Below, one piece after another: positions 1-8,760 of a stretch of 64,000 nt of DNA (position 1 is the first letter of the stretch; each line of letters begins with the position of its first letter). A program made the position numbers and the translations under genes. The notes under the pieces are model-generated. The model was not told where the DNA came from. It saw nothing but the letters and a program-made list of their open reading frames with translations, and ran no database searches. This DNA is from Pseudobdellovibrionaceae bacterium (lineage in GTDB: Bacteria; Bdellovibrionota; Bdellovibrionia; Bdellovibrionales; JAMPXM01): assembly GCA_947462815.1 (NCBI GenBank), contig CANHQR010000001.1:32038-96037 (forward strand), in the 5' to 3' direction.

Positions 1-292
1 TTAGGAATTGAGCATCGAATGCAGCGTTGTGGGCGACGATGACGTCTTCACCGCAAAAGTCAGCAAAAGCATCTAGCACATCCTCCACCCGAGGCTTGCC
101 AATGAGCATATCGTCGGTGATGCCGTTCACGCGCGTGGCGTCTGGCGGCATGGAGATCGTCGGCTGGATGAGAGTGGTGAAAATCGTTTCAGGATCGCCG
201 GACGCATCGAAGCGCACAGCGCCGATCTCCACGATTTGATCGACTCCGGCCAGGGTACCTGTTGTTTCGAGGTCAAAGGCTATGAAACGCAT
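1..292 (-). CDS. DnaQ-like DEDDh 3'-5' exonuclease (N-terminal part; gene runs off the left edge)
   Basis: My translation of the reverse strand from the ATG at 290-292 reads MRFIAFDLETTGTLAGVDQIVEIGAVRF...VIVAHNAAFDAQFL. It carries ExoI (FDLETTG) and ExoII (HNAAFDxxFL) motifs. It is absent from the ORF track because no stop lies in the window. Confidence 0.7.
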   Translation of the reverse strand, partial: MRFIAFDLETTGTLAGVDQIVEIGAVRFDASGDPETIFTTLIQPTISMPPDATRVNGITDDMLIGKPRVEDVLDAFADFCGEDVIVAHNAAFDAQFL

Positions 293-298
293 GCTAGA

Positions 299-742
299 AT
301 GTGTGACATGCGTGGCGCAAAACAGGCAAGTGGGCAGATTGATTTCTACATCAATTCTTTGGAGGCCTCGGGGGACAGTGCCCTAGAGGCCACGTTACCA
401 GAGGCCAGGTCAAAAGAGGCCAGTACTGCTGATGAGTTACCGCTCATCATAGAAGTTCAGCCGGGCATCGTGTCGCGAAGCCTTCTGGATATTGCCGTGG
501 AAAACTCAGTGGAAATCTCACATTCCTGTGGCGGTATGGGAAGCTGTGGGACCTGTCGAGTCTATTTGGAGTGGGAGCCTTCGCAGGGCGGACCGAACCC
601 ACCAACTGAGATCGAAGAGGAGATGCGACAGGACCGAGGCTTTATCGCGAGCGAGCGCTTGGCTTGCCAGATCGTTTGGGGCGAGGCTTTTGACCCGCTT
701 CAGGTTTCACCTCGTTGGCGGGTCCGCGTTCCAACAAAGTGA
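299..742 (+). CDS. 2Fe-2S ferredoxin (adrenodoxin/ISC-Fdx type) with an N-terminal extension of about 60 aa
   Basis: This lies in track ORF 236-742. The cysteine pattern SCGGMGSCGTCRV...ERLACQ fits C-x5-C-x2-C...C. I moved the start to the internal ATG at 299 (or 308) so it does not overlap the exonuclease start at 292. Confidence 0.7.
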   Translation: MCDMRGAKQASGQIDFYINSLEASGDSALEATLPEARSKEASTADELPLIIEVQPGIVSRSLLDIAVENSVEISHSCGGMGSCGTCRVYLEWEPSQGGPNPPTEIEEEMRQDRGFIASERLACQIVWGEAFDPLQVSPRWRVRVPTK

Positions 743-1961
743 TGGGATTTGTCCAAATCCACGGGAGCCAGCGACCTCCGTCGAAGAGGCTCGGCGACAA
801 AAATGCACGGACGACCACGCGGTAAACACCGGGTTCATTCACGCTGAACTGTGTGTCCACCGAGTTCGAAGTCATCACGACTTGTCCATCTCGCAGGATG
901 GCCGTTTCAAAAGGTGTATTGGGGCGCTTGGGAAGATGTACCGAGATTCGCCCTCCGGCCTTTCTCCAGGTCACGCGCGAGCCAATCGGATAGGTTCCAG
1001 AATCATCTTCAAACCAGGCCGCGAAGCCTTTGGGATTTCCGATTGCATCGAGGGCGAGATAGGTTTGACCTTGAGCGATTCCAAGTAGAATTTTTCGACG
1101 ATCACTTTCCGGATCCCCTGTGAGCTCACTTCGCAAGAGGAGATGGTTCGAGGCTAAACGAAACAAGACTTCGGCTGTTGGTAGTCGCAGAGGAATACCA
1201 AAGAGCTGGAGCGGGCGTCCCACATCTGAGCCTAGTGTTGCAAACACCGGACGATCCTTGGCGAGTCGATCGATTTCATCGAACTCGGGCGAGGAGTTGC
1301 CGATATCGGCAAAAAGGCGGAGTGCAGCAAGTTTCGAATTAAAAGGATAAATCATCGCGCTCCAGGCAAAGGAGGCGGGTGCATTATGGATCGCGCCATG
1401 GGCCACACTCTGAAGATTGATCGCCTCAAGCCCGGATACACCCTGGAGAATGCTCGTATCCCATTTGTTGGTTTCGCTTCTCGATTCGGGAGGTCGAGTG
1501 AGCAAAAGCCGATCTTGGGCTGAAATGCTCTGGCTAGTTTCCGGTCGCGACAAATAATCAGCGATCATCGTCTGGGCCTGGCCGAGGGACTCGGCCGCCT
1601 CAAGGGTCTCACTACCCAGGCTGATCACGCGTGATTCGACATACCCGAACTTTTTACCCTGTAGAACAAAGGTCTGACGGTTCCATCCCGAGGGGCCGCG
1701 GCGGCCGGTGAAGTCGTTGAGTTCGGTAAAGATAATGAAGTCGAGTTTGGCGTCTTGGGCCTTGCGAAGCAGCTCTGTAGCCGACTCAAAGCCGCTGGAA
1801 TTTGTGCTCTGGACGTTGATCACGCCGCGGTAGTCGTGAAAGCCCGGAAAGTTGGGCGGCTCCAACTCGTCACTGATGATCGAGGGGTTGTGCAGCGACA
1901 AAGTGACGATGTAGGCAAAAAGCGCCAGAGCCGACGCGATGAAGAAGAGAAGCTTTCTCAT
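642..1961 (-). CDS. Hypothetical N-terminally anchored/exported protein, possibly with a degenerate PHP-like fold
   Basis: The 439-aa ORF has a hydrophobic N-terminus (LLFFIASALALFAYIVTL) and a GAGG about 11 nt upstream of the ATG. The segment YRGVINVQSTNSSG...LDFIIFTELNDF resembles a PHP domain layout but lacks the His ligands, so this is tentative. It sits 13 nt downstream of the GT39 gene, so it is probably co-transcribed. Confidence 0.5.
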   Translation of the reverse strand: MRKLLFFIASALALFAYIVTLSLHNPSIISDELEPPNFPGFHDYRGVINVQSTNSSGFESATELLRKAQDAKLDFIIFTELNDFTGRRGPSGWNRQTFVLQGKKFGYVESRVISLGSETLEAAESLGQAQTMIADYLSRPETSQSISAQDRLLLTRPPESRSETNKWDTSILQGVSGLEAINLQSVAHGAIHNAPASFAWSAMIYPFNSKLAALRLFADIGNSSPEFDEIDRLAKDRPVFATLGSDVGRPLQLFGIPLRLPTAEVLFRLASNHLLLRSELTGDPESDRRKILLGIAQGQTYLALDAIGNPKGFAAWFEDDSGTYPIGSRVTWRKAGGRISVHLPKRPNTPFETAILRDGQVVMTSNSVDTQFSVNEPGVYRVVVRAFLSPSLFDGGRWLPWIWTNPITLLERGPANEVKPEAGQKPRPKRSGKPSARSR

Positions 1962-1974
1962 AGGCTCGTTTCCC

Positions 1975-3636
1975 TCATATGTGGCTCGCTTTTTTGAAAA
2001 TCACAACCTTGAATCGCCCAGTGAGTGGCTGTTCACCCTGACGCACAAATTGGTGCTCGGTGATCCAGCTTGGCCACGGTCCTTCTTCGTCGACTATGAC
2101 TTGAAACTCGTCGGTCGTTGAGAAGTTCTCAGTATGCTGACTGGCCGCTGCATGAAGAGGATGGCACTGCTCCAGGAAGTCGAAGAAGTCTCTGCGATTG
2201 TATCCTGAAAGTTTACAGAATAACCGCCCGCTTCGAAGTGTGAGGTCGGCCGCCATCTGATAAGACGAAGCGTAGGTTGGGCGCGAGCTCAGCTGTTGAG
2301 AATGGAGGGCGGGGAGGATGTCTTCAAAGCGGACAAACTCGAAGGTCTTGTGATTCTCGGCCGGAATTCCCAGCAACACTTGCCGCGGTGAAAAAGCCTG
2401 GTGAACGGCGAGACCCGAAAGACAAATCCAGACGACAAGCGTCCCGATCAGCGCGCGTCGGCCTCGAGCTGAATTTGAAATTTGAATCGCGGCCAAGGTC
2501 AGCAGTGGAAAGTGAGCGATGATGGGCCAGTTGGCTTCAACGTGTGAGCGAGTCGACGTCCAAAGGAAGAAGAGGAGAATGGGCCAAGAGGCGAGGTGCA
2601 AAAGCCCAAGTGAACGAGGATGTTCACGGCGCCAGGCCCAAAACCAGACGAGCGGTGAGAGCAGCAGCAGTTGTCCGCCGACATACTCGCCAACCTGTTG
2701 CAGGATTTGCTGAGCTTGGGGTGCTCGAACCTCAAGGCCATGCGCGAGCTGGAAACGAAAAGAAATCCAGTCATGTTCAAGATTCCAAAGCAGCACGGGC
2801 GCCGAAAACAGTATTCCAAAAATCAACGCGAGTAGACTCTGCTTGGCCTTTTGAAAATGAGGTGTGGCTCGAAAGGCAGGGGATAGGAAGAATACCACAA
2901 GAGCGATCGGTGCGAGGATCACGGCATGGTACTTCGCACAGAAGGCGAGTCCCATGGCGCTTCCGACGGCCACCGCAGTCCATGATGAGGGCCGCAGCGC
3001 GAACTTTTGTATGCCGAGGAGGGCGAGTGCCCATGTCGCCACCAGAGGTAGATCCGGAGTGACGATCAGCGATCCAAGACCGAACAGAGGCGATAGCAAC
3101 AAGACGATGAGGACGACGAGTCTTTGTTGAGGTGTCGTTGCAGGCCGCAGAATTTCATTCCAAATCAACCAGGTCATATGACCGAGGAGAACTGCGGGCC
3201 ACCGAGTGAGACCCGGCCAAGTCTCAGCACCCGGAAGTTGCAGGCCGATACCGAAGAGCCAGCCCACCATTGGCGGATGATCGTAATAGGACAGCTGCGG
3301 CAGCAGGCCCCAGACTCGGTAGTAGGCTTCATCATTTGAAAGAGGTAAAAGTCCGGCGAGGGTGAGCTTGCTCGCCAAACTGATCCACCAAACCCACCAC
3401 CAAGCTCGGGTCGATCGATCGCGAGAAGACCATGCTCCATCGCCTGTTATGAAGTCGCTCAACGAGCGAGTGGCAACGAAGCTTTCAGGGACGAAGCCTG
3501 GAGGATGGAAGTGCGGCGAGGAACTCACGATGACACCTTTTTGGCGCCGACCCTCTGGGTCAGGCGAGGATCGATTAAGGGTACTCAACTCGCAGCGGTC
3601 GACCCAAATCTCCAGGCACGCCGCGATCGACGCCAT
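1975..3636 (-). CDS. ArnT/PMT-like family 39 glycosyltransferase (polytopic membrane protein)
   Basis: The 553-aa ORF has many hydrophobic helices. The first-loop motif LPLSNDEAYYRVWGL...YYDHPPMVGW is typical of ArnT/PMT_2 enzymes. The annotated start overlaps rodZ; a GTG at 3528 is a plausible true start (1975-3528). Confidence 0.7.
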   Translation of the reverse strand: MASIAACLEIWVDRCELSTLNRSSPDPEGRRQKGVIVSSSPHFHPPGFVPESFVATRSLSDFITGDGAWSSRDRSTRAWWWVWWISLASKLTLAGLLPLSNDEAYYRVWGLLPQLSYYDHPPMVGWLFGIGLQLPGAETWPGLTRWPAVLLGHMTWLIWNEILRPATTPQQRLVVLIVLLLSPLFGLGSLIVTPDLPLVATWALALLGIQKFALRPSSWTAVAVGSAMGLAFCAKYHAVILAPIALVVFFLSPAFRATPHFQKAKQSLLALIFGILFSAPVLLWNLEHDWISFRFQLAHGLEVRAPQAQQILQQVGEYVGGQLLLLSPLVWFWAWRREHPRSLGLLHLASWPILLFFLWTSTRSHVEANWPIIAHFPLLTLAAIQISNSARGRRALIGTLVVWICLSGLAVHQAFSPRQVLLGIPAENHKTFEFVRFEDILPALHSQQLSSRPTYASSYQMAADLTLRSGRLFCKLSGYNRRDFFDFLEQCHPLHAAASQHTENFSTTDEFQVIVDEEGPWPSWITEHQFVRQGEQPLTGRFKVVIFKKASHI

Positions 3637-4804
3637 TCACGAGTACGTTCACAGCTCCGCCATCCGAGAAGCGAATAATGGCCTTGCGTTTCGCCTGAAT
3701 CGCCTGGATCTGATCGGCCCGAAGTCGAACACTGCGGGGCGGGTCGCTATCCACGGTGACTTCCAAGTCCACAGAGTCGAGAGCCTCAATGAGAATTTCC
3801 GTGGGTTTCGCCACTCGAGGAGTTGCGCTGGGTGAGGGCTTGGGCGAAGGGGCGGGTGTTGCTGTGGGTTGAGGCGCCGGGGTGGTGGTGGGACGCGGAG
3901 TTGGTGTAAGGGTTGATCGCGGTGAAGGCGTCGGGGCAGGCGTCGGAGATGGCGTCGCTGTAGCCCTCGGTGTCGATTTCGGCGTGGCGCTCGGTGAAGG
4001 TTGCGGAGTTGGTGACGCCGTGATTGGCGTGAGAGTTGGCCGCGGCGAGGGCGACGCGAGGGGTGACGCTGTGGGTGCGACCGTCGGCGAGCTTTCGGGC
4101 GAGGGCGCGAGGGTGCCATCCGTAGGAGTTGCACCGGGAACAGCGCTTGAGTCTTGAGGGTCTTGTGTGTTCCCGTTGCCTGTCGATTCGCCGTCATCAT
4201 CGTCTGCGGTATTCGCAGAGTCACCAGAAAGCGTCGACTCCTGGGGCGCACGCTCGCTTTCGTAAGAATCCATCTTTCCCTTAAAGAAAATGATCAGCCC
4301 GATCAGAATTACAACCAGGCCGCCGATCAAATATTTCGTCAGGCCGATTTGTCCACTGCGCGCCACCATCTCCACGGCTTGGTCAGGAGATCTCGGAACG
4401 GAAGCATTGTTCATCGGACTCATCGGCGTGGGATTTGTCGACTTGCTCGAGGTTTCGCGCTCCTGGCTCGGCTTATCCTCTTGGCCCACATTTTCTGTAG
4501 CTCGCGAGTTCTTTTCAGCAAGTTCGGCAGGAGGAATGGCTTTGGCTGATCCGGCGGGGTGAGCCAGTGTCGAGCCCATTTCCTCATGAAAGGTGCGCAA
4601 GATCTCTTCGACATCGAGCCCAAGATAAAGCGCGTAGCTTCGCACAAAGCCGCGCAGAAAAGTTTTTGGTGGCAAATTCTCCGCGATGCCTTCTTCCATC
4701 GCCGCGATGGTCTTTGTGGTGATCTTCGTGGCGAGCGAGACCTCCGCAATTGTCATTCGCTTGCGTTCGCGATTCTCCTTCAGAATTTGTCCCGTGATCT
4801 TCAT
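3575..4804 (-). CDS. rodZ: Cytoskeleton protein RodZ
   Basis: The N-terminal HTH (MTIAEVSLATKITTKTIAAMEEG...FLRGFVRSYALYLGLD) is followed by a single TM (LIGGLVVILIGLIIFF). A long P/T/S-rich linker leads to a C-terminal beta domain (ILIEALDSVDLEVTVD...VNVLVNG). Confidence 0.75.
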   Translation of the reverse strand: MKITGQILKENRERKRMTIAEVSLATKITTKTIAAMEEGIAENLPPKTFLRGFVRSYALYLGLDVEEILRTFHEEMGSTLAHPAGSAKAIPPAELAEKNSRATENVGQEDKPSQERETSSKSTNPTPMSPMNNASVPRSPDQAVEMVARSGQIGLTKYLIGGLVVILIGLIIFFKGKMDSYESERAPQESTLSGDSANTADDDDGESTGNGNTQDPQDSSAVPGATPTDGTLAPSPESSPTVAPTASPLASPSPRPTLTPITASPTPQPSPSATPKSTPRATATPSPTPAPTPSPRSTLTPTPRPTTTPAPQPTATPAPSPKPSPSATPRVAKPTEILIEALDSVDLEVTVDSDPPRSVRLRADQIQAIQAKRKAIIRFSDGGAVNVLVNGVDRGVPGDLGRPLRVEYP

Positions 4805-4844
4805 GCGTGTGACTTCCTCTCGACCTGCGGAGATGCGAACTCTA

Positions 4845-5768
4845 TCACTTTACGATTTCCAATAGACTCTTTGCGCGCTGAGCGTACTCCCCTTGGGGAT
4901 ACTTGCGGACTACATTTTCGAGGCGATCAACAGCTAGGGCGTTCTTCCCGAGTTTATAATGTACGAGCCCGGCAAAGTAGCTCGCCTCTTCATCTTGATT
5001 TTCTGCGCAGGCGGCCAACGCATTGTCGAGTGTCTGTGCCGCCGCCTGAAGGTCGTTCATTTCGAGCTGACACCGCCCGTGGAGCGTTTGTGCGTAGCAG
5101 TTTTGCCGATCGACTCGAAGAGCGGATTCGGTGGCGGTTCGGGCCTCACGAAAGTCACCCTTGCGAAAATGCGCTAAGGCAATGTTGTTCCAAGCTTTGA
5201 CGGGTGCCGGATAGGTCAAATCATCCAGAACACGCTTGGCATCCGCCACGGCCAAAGCATAGTCGCCCCGCTCGATGTGAATCCGCGCTCGATTGTTGAG
5301 AGCTTCCGAATACTGAGGTTGAATCTCAATGGCTCGATTGATGTGTTTCAGTGCGAGATCGAAGCGTTCCCGAACAAAATAGGTCAGAGCGAGATTGTTC
5401 TGAATCGTCGGATTGCGCGGATCGAGGCGTTGTGCTTCCAACAACTCACGCAGCGCAGCCGCATACTGCTGATTCTGGAAGAATCGTGTACCGGACTGTA
5501 AGCGCAAGACCGCGTCCTCTTGAGCCTTGCGTGAGTTCGAGGTCGACGAACACGAAGTTAAGAAACTCAAGAGAAGCAGGGCCGACCAGATTTTGAGATT
5601 CGAAGGTACGAAAAGACGTCCGCACGCGACTTCTTCAAGGAAGTCGACCGAATGCGCTCTCAGCCTTATCCATGTGCGGAAGATGGCAAGAAACATCGAC
5701 ATGCGAAAAATCGTAGCAGGACTTCTCTCAGCGAGCAAAATTTTGCTCGGCGAATTCACAGCTTGCAT
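4845..5768 (-). CDS. TPR-repeat lipoprotein, PilW/PilF-like
   Basis: Several TPR units are visible (AAALRELLEAQRLDPRN, YSEALNNRARIHIERGDYALAVADAKRVL and others). A lipobox-like LLLLSFLTSC is present, and the true start is probably internal, near residue 24 or later. The position between an RNA methyltransferase and rodZ matches the pilW context known in gammaproteobacteria. Confidence 0.6.
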   Translation of the reverse strand: MQAVNSPSKILLAERSPATIFRMSMFLAIFRTWIRLRAHSVDFLEEVACGRLFVPSNLKIWSALLLLSFLTSCSSTSNSRKAQEDAVLRLQSGTRFFQNQQYAAALRELLEAQRLDPRNPTIQNNLALTYFVRERFDLALKHINRAIEIQPQYSEALNNRARIHIERGDYALAVADAKRVLDDLTYPAPVKAWNNIALAHFRKGDFREARTATESALRVDRQNCYAQTLHGRCQLEMNDLQAAAQTLDNALAACAENQDEEASYFAGLVHYKLGKNALAVDRLENVVRKYPQGEYAQRAKSLLEIVK

Positions 5769-5798
5769 GTCGACCGGGGTAGCGGGTGCTGACCCCGA

Positions 5799-7034
5799 TC
5801 AGCTCTTGATTTCCCACACGGTGACGACCTCGACATGATCCGTGTGCGGAAACAAATCGAAGCTCTTTCCCGAGACCAAATCCAACTGTCGAATGCCGCG
5901 TAGGGACGTGAGGTCGCGAGCGAAAGTGTTGGGATCACAGCTCACAATGATGAGGTGGGTGAGGTCGCGACGACGAGCCAGGCGCTCGATGACTGTTTGG
6001 GACATACCCTGGCGTGGTGGATTGACTATGAAGATCCCGAGTTCGGAGTCTTCCCGATTTCGCTTGATCCAGGTTTCGACGTCATTGGAGTGAAAGGCCC
6101 AATCTCTCAGCCATTCCGATTGTTGTTTGTCCAACCAACGTCGAGCCTCGGCCTCACTGCTGCCGTGAGACTCGACAATTCTCAGCCTCCAAGGTGTTTG
6201 TAAGGTCTCGAAGATCTCGACCAAGGGCCTGGACCAGTTTCCGGATCCACCGTAGAGATCGTAAACTGTCCACGCACGACCTTTGTCGCGTTCTACGCGA
6301 TCGTGGATCGCTGCGCCGATGAATTTCTGAATGGCCAAATTCTGTTCGGCATTGACCTGGACAAATCCCGCTCCGGATTTCAATTCGGAGTTCTCAATTC
6401 GAACATCAATTTTGAGCTCGTGTTTGAGCTCTTGAGGCGGGTTCTTGGAACGCGCGAGCCTCGAACTCTGCGGCGCCACTGTCGCCTGACGCAAATTGGG
6501 CACCAAACTGCGTGCAAAGCCGATGGCTCCCTCTGGGCCGATCAGGCAGTCCTCGACGGGGACGAAATCGTGGGTGTTTCGAGTTCGAAAACCCACCTGA
6601 GCGGCCGCCGAACTCTTGCCAGGTCCCACATGCACACTCAGACGTTGACGATATCGCCAGATCTTTGGACTCGGGGCGCAGCTTTCGAGACGAAGAAGTT
6701 CGGCATCCGACAAGGACTTGGACTTCCTTAAAGTCGCATGAACAAGATCGGTTTTTTGTCGAAGCTGCTCGGCGTAGTCGATGTGTTGCCATGGGCATCC
6801 GCCACACAACTGGAAATGAGGGCAGGGAGGCACGACTCGCGCGGGAGAAGCCTCTACAATTTCGACCAGTTCACCGACGAAATGCCGTTTGTGGACTTCC
6901 GTCACGCGGACGCGAGCGAGTTCATTTGGAGCACCACCTTGAACAAAGATGACACGGCCATCTGGTGCACGACCAACAGCACCACCGTCACGACTCATGC
7001 GTTCAAACTTCACTTCAAACTCTTGGCCGATCAC
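5799..7034 (-). CDS. TRAM-domain RNA (uracil-5-)-methyltransferase, RumA/RlmD/TrmA family
   Basis: The N-terminal TRAM-like region (GRVIFVQGGAPNELARVRVTEVHKRHFVGELVEI) is followed by the Fe-S cysteine cluster CPHFQLCGGCPWQH. The C-terminal SAM-MTase core includes DLYGGSGNWS and IVNPPRQG. Confidence 0.75.
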   Translation of the reverse strand: MIGQEFEVKFERMSRDGGAVGRAPDGRVIFVQGGAPNELARVRVTEVHKRHFVGELVEIVEASPARVVPPCPHFQLCGGCPWQHIDYAEQLRQKTDLVHATLRKSKSLSDAELLRLESCAPSPKIWRYRQRLSVHVGPGKSSAAAQVGFRTRNTHDFVPVEDCLIGPEGAIGFARSLVPNLRQATVAPQSSRLARSKNPPQELKHELKIDVRIENSELKSGAGFVQVNAEQNLAIQKFIGAAIHDRVERDKGRAWTVYDLYGGSGNWSRPLVEIFETLQTPWRLRIVESHGSSEAEARRWLDKQQSEWLRDWAFHSNDVETWIKRNREDSELGIFIVNPPRQGMSQTVIERLARRRDLTHLIIVSCDPNTFARDLTSLRGIRQLDLVSGKSFDLFPHTDHVEVVTVWEIKS

Positions 7035-7070
7035 GCAACACCTTCGCAGACAGATGGGTTGGAAGCATCA

Positions 7071-7106
7071 CAAAGAAAAGCCGCTGAGTTTCGAATCTCA
7101 GCGGCT
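7071..7106 (-). terminator. Rho-independent terminator downstream of ndk
   Basis: On the minus strand the sequence reads GAGCCGCTGAG-ATTCGAAA-CTCAGCGGCT followed by TTTCTTTG. This is a 10-bp perfect stem about 30 nt after the ndk stop. Confidence 0.6.
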
Positions 7107-7138
7107 CGAAATTCAATTCGATTGGAGGATGAACGACT

Positions 7139-7564
7139 TTACTCGTTAACGAGTTCTTGCTTTTCGAAGAAGAGCGCGAGTTCGCGCTGTGCGCTCGCCG
7201 GGCTATCTGAGCCGTGAACCGCGTTTTCGCCGACGGAGTCGCCGAACTTCGAGCGAACTGTGCCAGCGGTGGCTTTTTTGGGATCCGTCGCGCCCATGAT
7301 CTCGCGATTCTTCATCACGGCGTTCTCGCCCGACAAAGCCATCAACATCACAGGGCCCGAGGTCATGAAATCGACAAGCTCGCCAAAGAACGGGCGCTCT
7401 TTGTGTTCAGCATAGAATTCTTCGCACTTCTTGCGCGACAAAACGGTCAATTTTGCCGCAGCGATTTTCAATCCGTTCGCTTCAAACTGCGAAATGATAT
7501 CGCCGATGGCGTTTTTCTTCACGGCGTTGGGTTTGATAATCGAGAAGGTCATTTCTTTCGCCAC
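7139..7564 (-). CDS. ndk: Nucleoside diphosphate kinase
   Basis: The 141-aa ORF ([24 protein letters not shown]...NAVHGSDS) contains the catalytic-His motif. Confidence 0.95.
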   Translation of the reverse strand: MAKEMTFSIIKPNAVKKNAIGDIISQFEANGLKIAAAKLTVLSRKKCEEFYAEHKERPFFGELVDFMTSGPVMLMALSGENAVMKNREIMGATDPKKATAGTVRSKFGDSVGENAVHGSDSPASAQRELALFFEKQELVNE

Positions 7565-7725
7565 GTTCAGCTCCTTTTTGAGTTGCCACCTCTTACCCCA
7601 ATCCAGGGCCAGCTCTCAAGTTAGGACCCACTATCGCGCGGCGTTACCCGTGGCTTGCGAGGGGTCGCCTCCCCGCACAAGACTCACCTCAAGACTTTGC
7701 CCACTCATCGCCAAGGATCAGGAAC

Positions 7726-8760
7726 ATGAATCCGTCGTCCCTTCGCCGAATTTCGATCATCGGAGTCAGTGGGAGCGGCAAGAGCACCTTGGCTCGGCGC
7801 TTGTCGGAGATCAGCGGTCTTCCACGACTGGAGATGGATGCCGCTTATTGGCGTCCGCATTGGCAAACGGCGTCCGAGTCGGAGTTCACCGAGGAGGTCG
7901 CGAACTTTGCCGCTCGCGATGCTTGGATCATCGATGGAAACTATTCGCGGGCTTACCAATCTGTCTTAGATCGAGCCGACTTGGTGATTGCGACCGAGCT
8001 CCCATTCTGGACGAACTTTTGGCGTGTCACCAGGAGATCGCTCCATCGAGCCTGCACTCGCGAGGAGCTGTGGCACGGAAACCGCGAACCTTTTTGGCGT
8101 CTTTTCACCCGCGAATCGATCATTTATTGGATGTGGACGACGTGGGCTCCGCGGCGCGAACGTATCCGGATCTTGTTCGACAAACTTGCGCGAGAAGAGC
8201 TGCCGGGAACTCGGGCTTTGCCATTGCGCTTGGTGTCCGATCGAGAGCGAGAGATCTTTCTGAAGACGTGGAGGCGCCAACGTGGTCTGATCCGCAAGGC
8301 TCTCGGCTTTCCGATTGGACCTCGCGGAGTTCTTTGCGTCCGCCACCCCATCACGGGTCTCCTTGAGCCCGTTCGAGGAACCGTCGATCCGGGCGAGTCG
8401 TCACGACAAACCATCGTGCGCGAACAGGCCGAGGAGTCGGGTTTAGTTTTTACCGAAGAGGAACAGACTCGATTGCGTCGCTTCGCCATTCGACCGACGA
8501 TCATCGAGACCGACGAAGGTGAAGAGTTTCAATTGCACGAGGCTTTCGTGGTGACAATTCATCGCGATCTGCCCTCGCGCTGGGAGCATAGCGTGACGGG
8601 CGGCGGTGCCGATCAAAATCTTAATTTTGTGATTGAATGGGTGCGCCTCGAGGATTTGCAGGTTCGACTTTCGCCTGCGACTCGAGTTTGGGCGGAAGAT
8701 CTGCGCTTTGACCTGGCTCGGGATCGAGAGACGCCCGACGAACCGGCGGCGTCGAACTGA
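7726..8760 (+). CDS. Fusion protein with an N-terminal FlaR/adenylate-kinase-like P-loop NTPase and a C-terminal Nudix hydrolase domain
   Basis: The Walker A is IIGVSGSGKSTLARRL, with WIIDGNYS and LPFWTNFWRVTRR typical of 'topology modulation' P-loop kinases. The C-terminal part holds a Nudix box, GTVDPGESSRQTIVREQAEESGL, fitting G-x5-E-x7-REUxEExGU. Confidence 0.65.
   Translation: MNPSSLRRISIIGVSGSGKSTLARRLSEISGLPRLEMDAAYWRPHWQTASESEFTEEVANFAARDAWIIDGNYSRAYQSVLDRADLVIATELPFWTNFWRVTRRSLHRACTREELWHGNREPFWRLFTRESIIYWMWTTWAPRRERIRILFDKLAREELPGTRALPLRLVSDREREIFLKTWRRQRGLIRKALGFPIGPRGVLCVRHPITGLLEPVRGTVDPGESSRQTIVREQAEESGLVFTEEEQTRLRRFAIRPTIIETDEGEEFQLHEAFVVTIHRDLPSRWEHSVTGGGADQNLNFVIEWVRLEDLQVRLSPATRVWAEDLRFDLARDRETPDEPAASN

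Noticed and set aside
27-1088. Plus-strand ORFs at 27-239 and 492-1088.
   Set aside because: The first is antisense to the DnaQ-like exonuclease frame, which has ExoI and ExoII motifs. The second is out of frame with the ferredoxin and antisense to the 439-aa ORF, and has no motif.
3850-4150. The long P/T/S/A-rich tract in RodZ, the poly-Pro tract in TolA (about 48000-48130) and the Pro-rich N-terminus of the cyclophilin (about 43050-43300), considered as possible special repeats.
   Set aside because: These are ordinary periplasm-spanning low-complexity linkers well known in RodZ and TolA/TonB proteins. They show no exact DNA periodicity.
3649-4251. A 200-aa alternative-frame ORF (same strand) and a 91-aa antisense ORF within the rodZ linker region.
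   Set aside because: They arise from the low-complexity P/T/S-coding DNA of the RodZ linker. The Arg/Pro-rich products are frame artefacts.
7431-8366. A 311-aa plus-strand ORF overlapping the ndk antisense strand and an alternative frame of the kinase-Nudix gene.
   Set aside because: It starts inside ndk on the opposite strand. It competes with the 7726-8760 frame, which carries clear Walker A and Nudix motifs. Its own sequence is Arg/Ser/Pro-rich with no motif.
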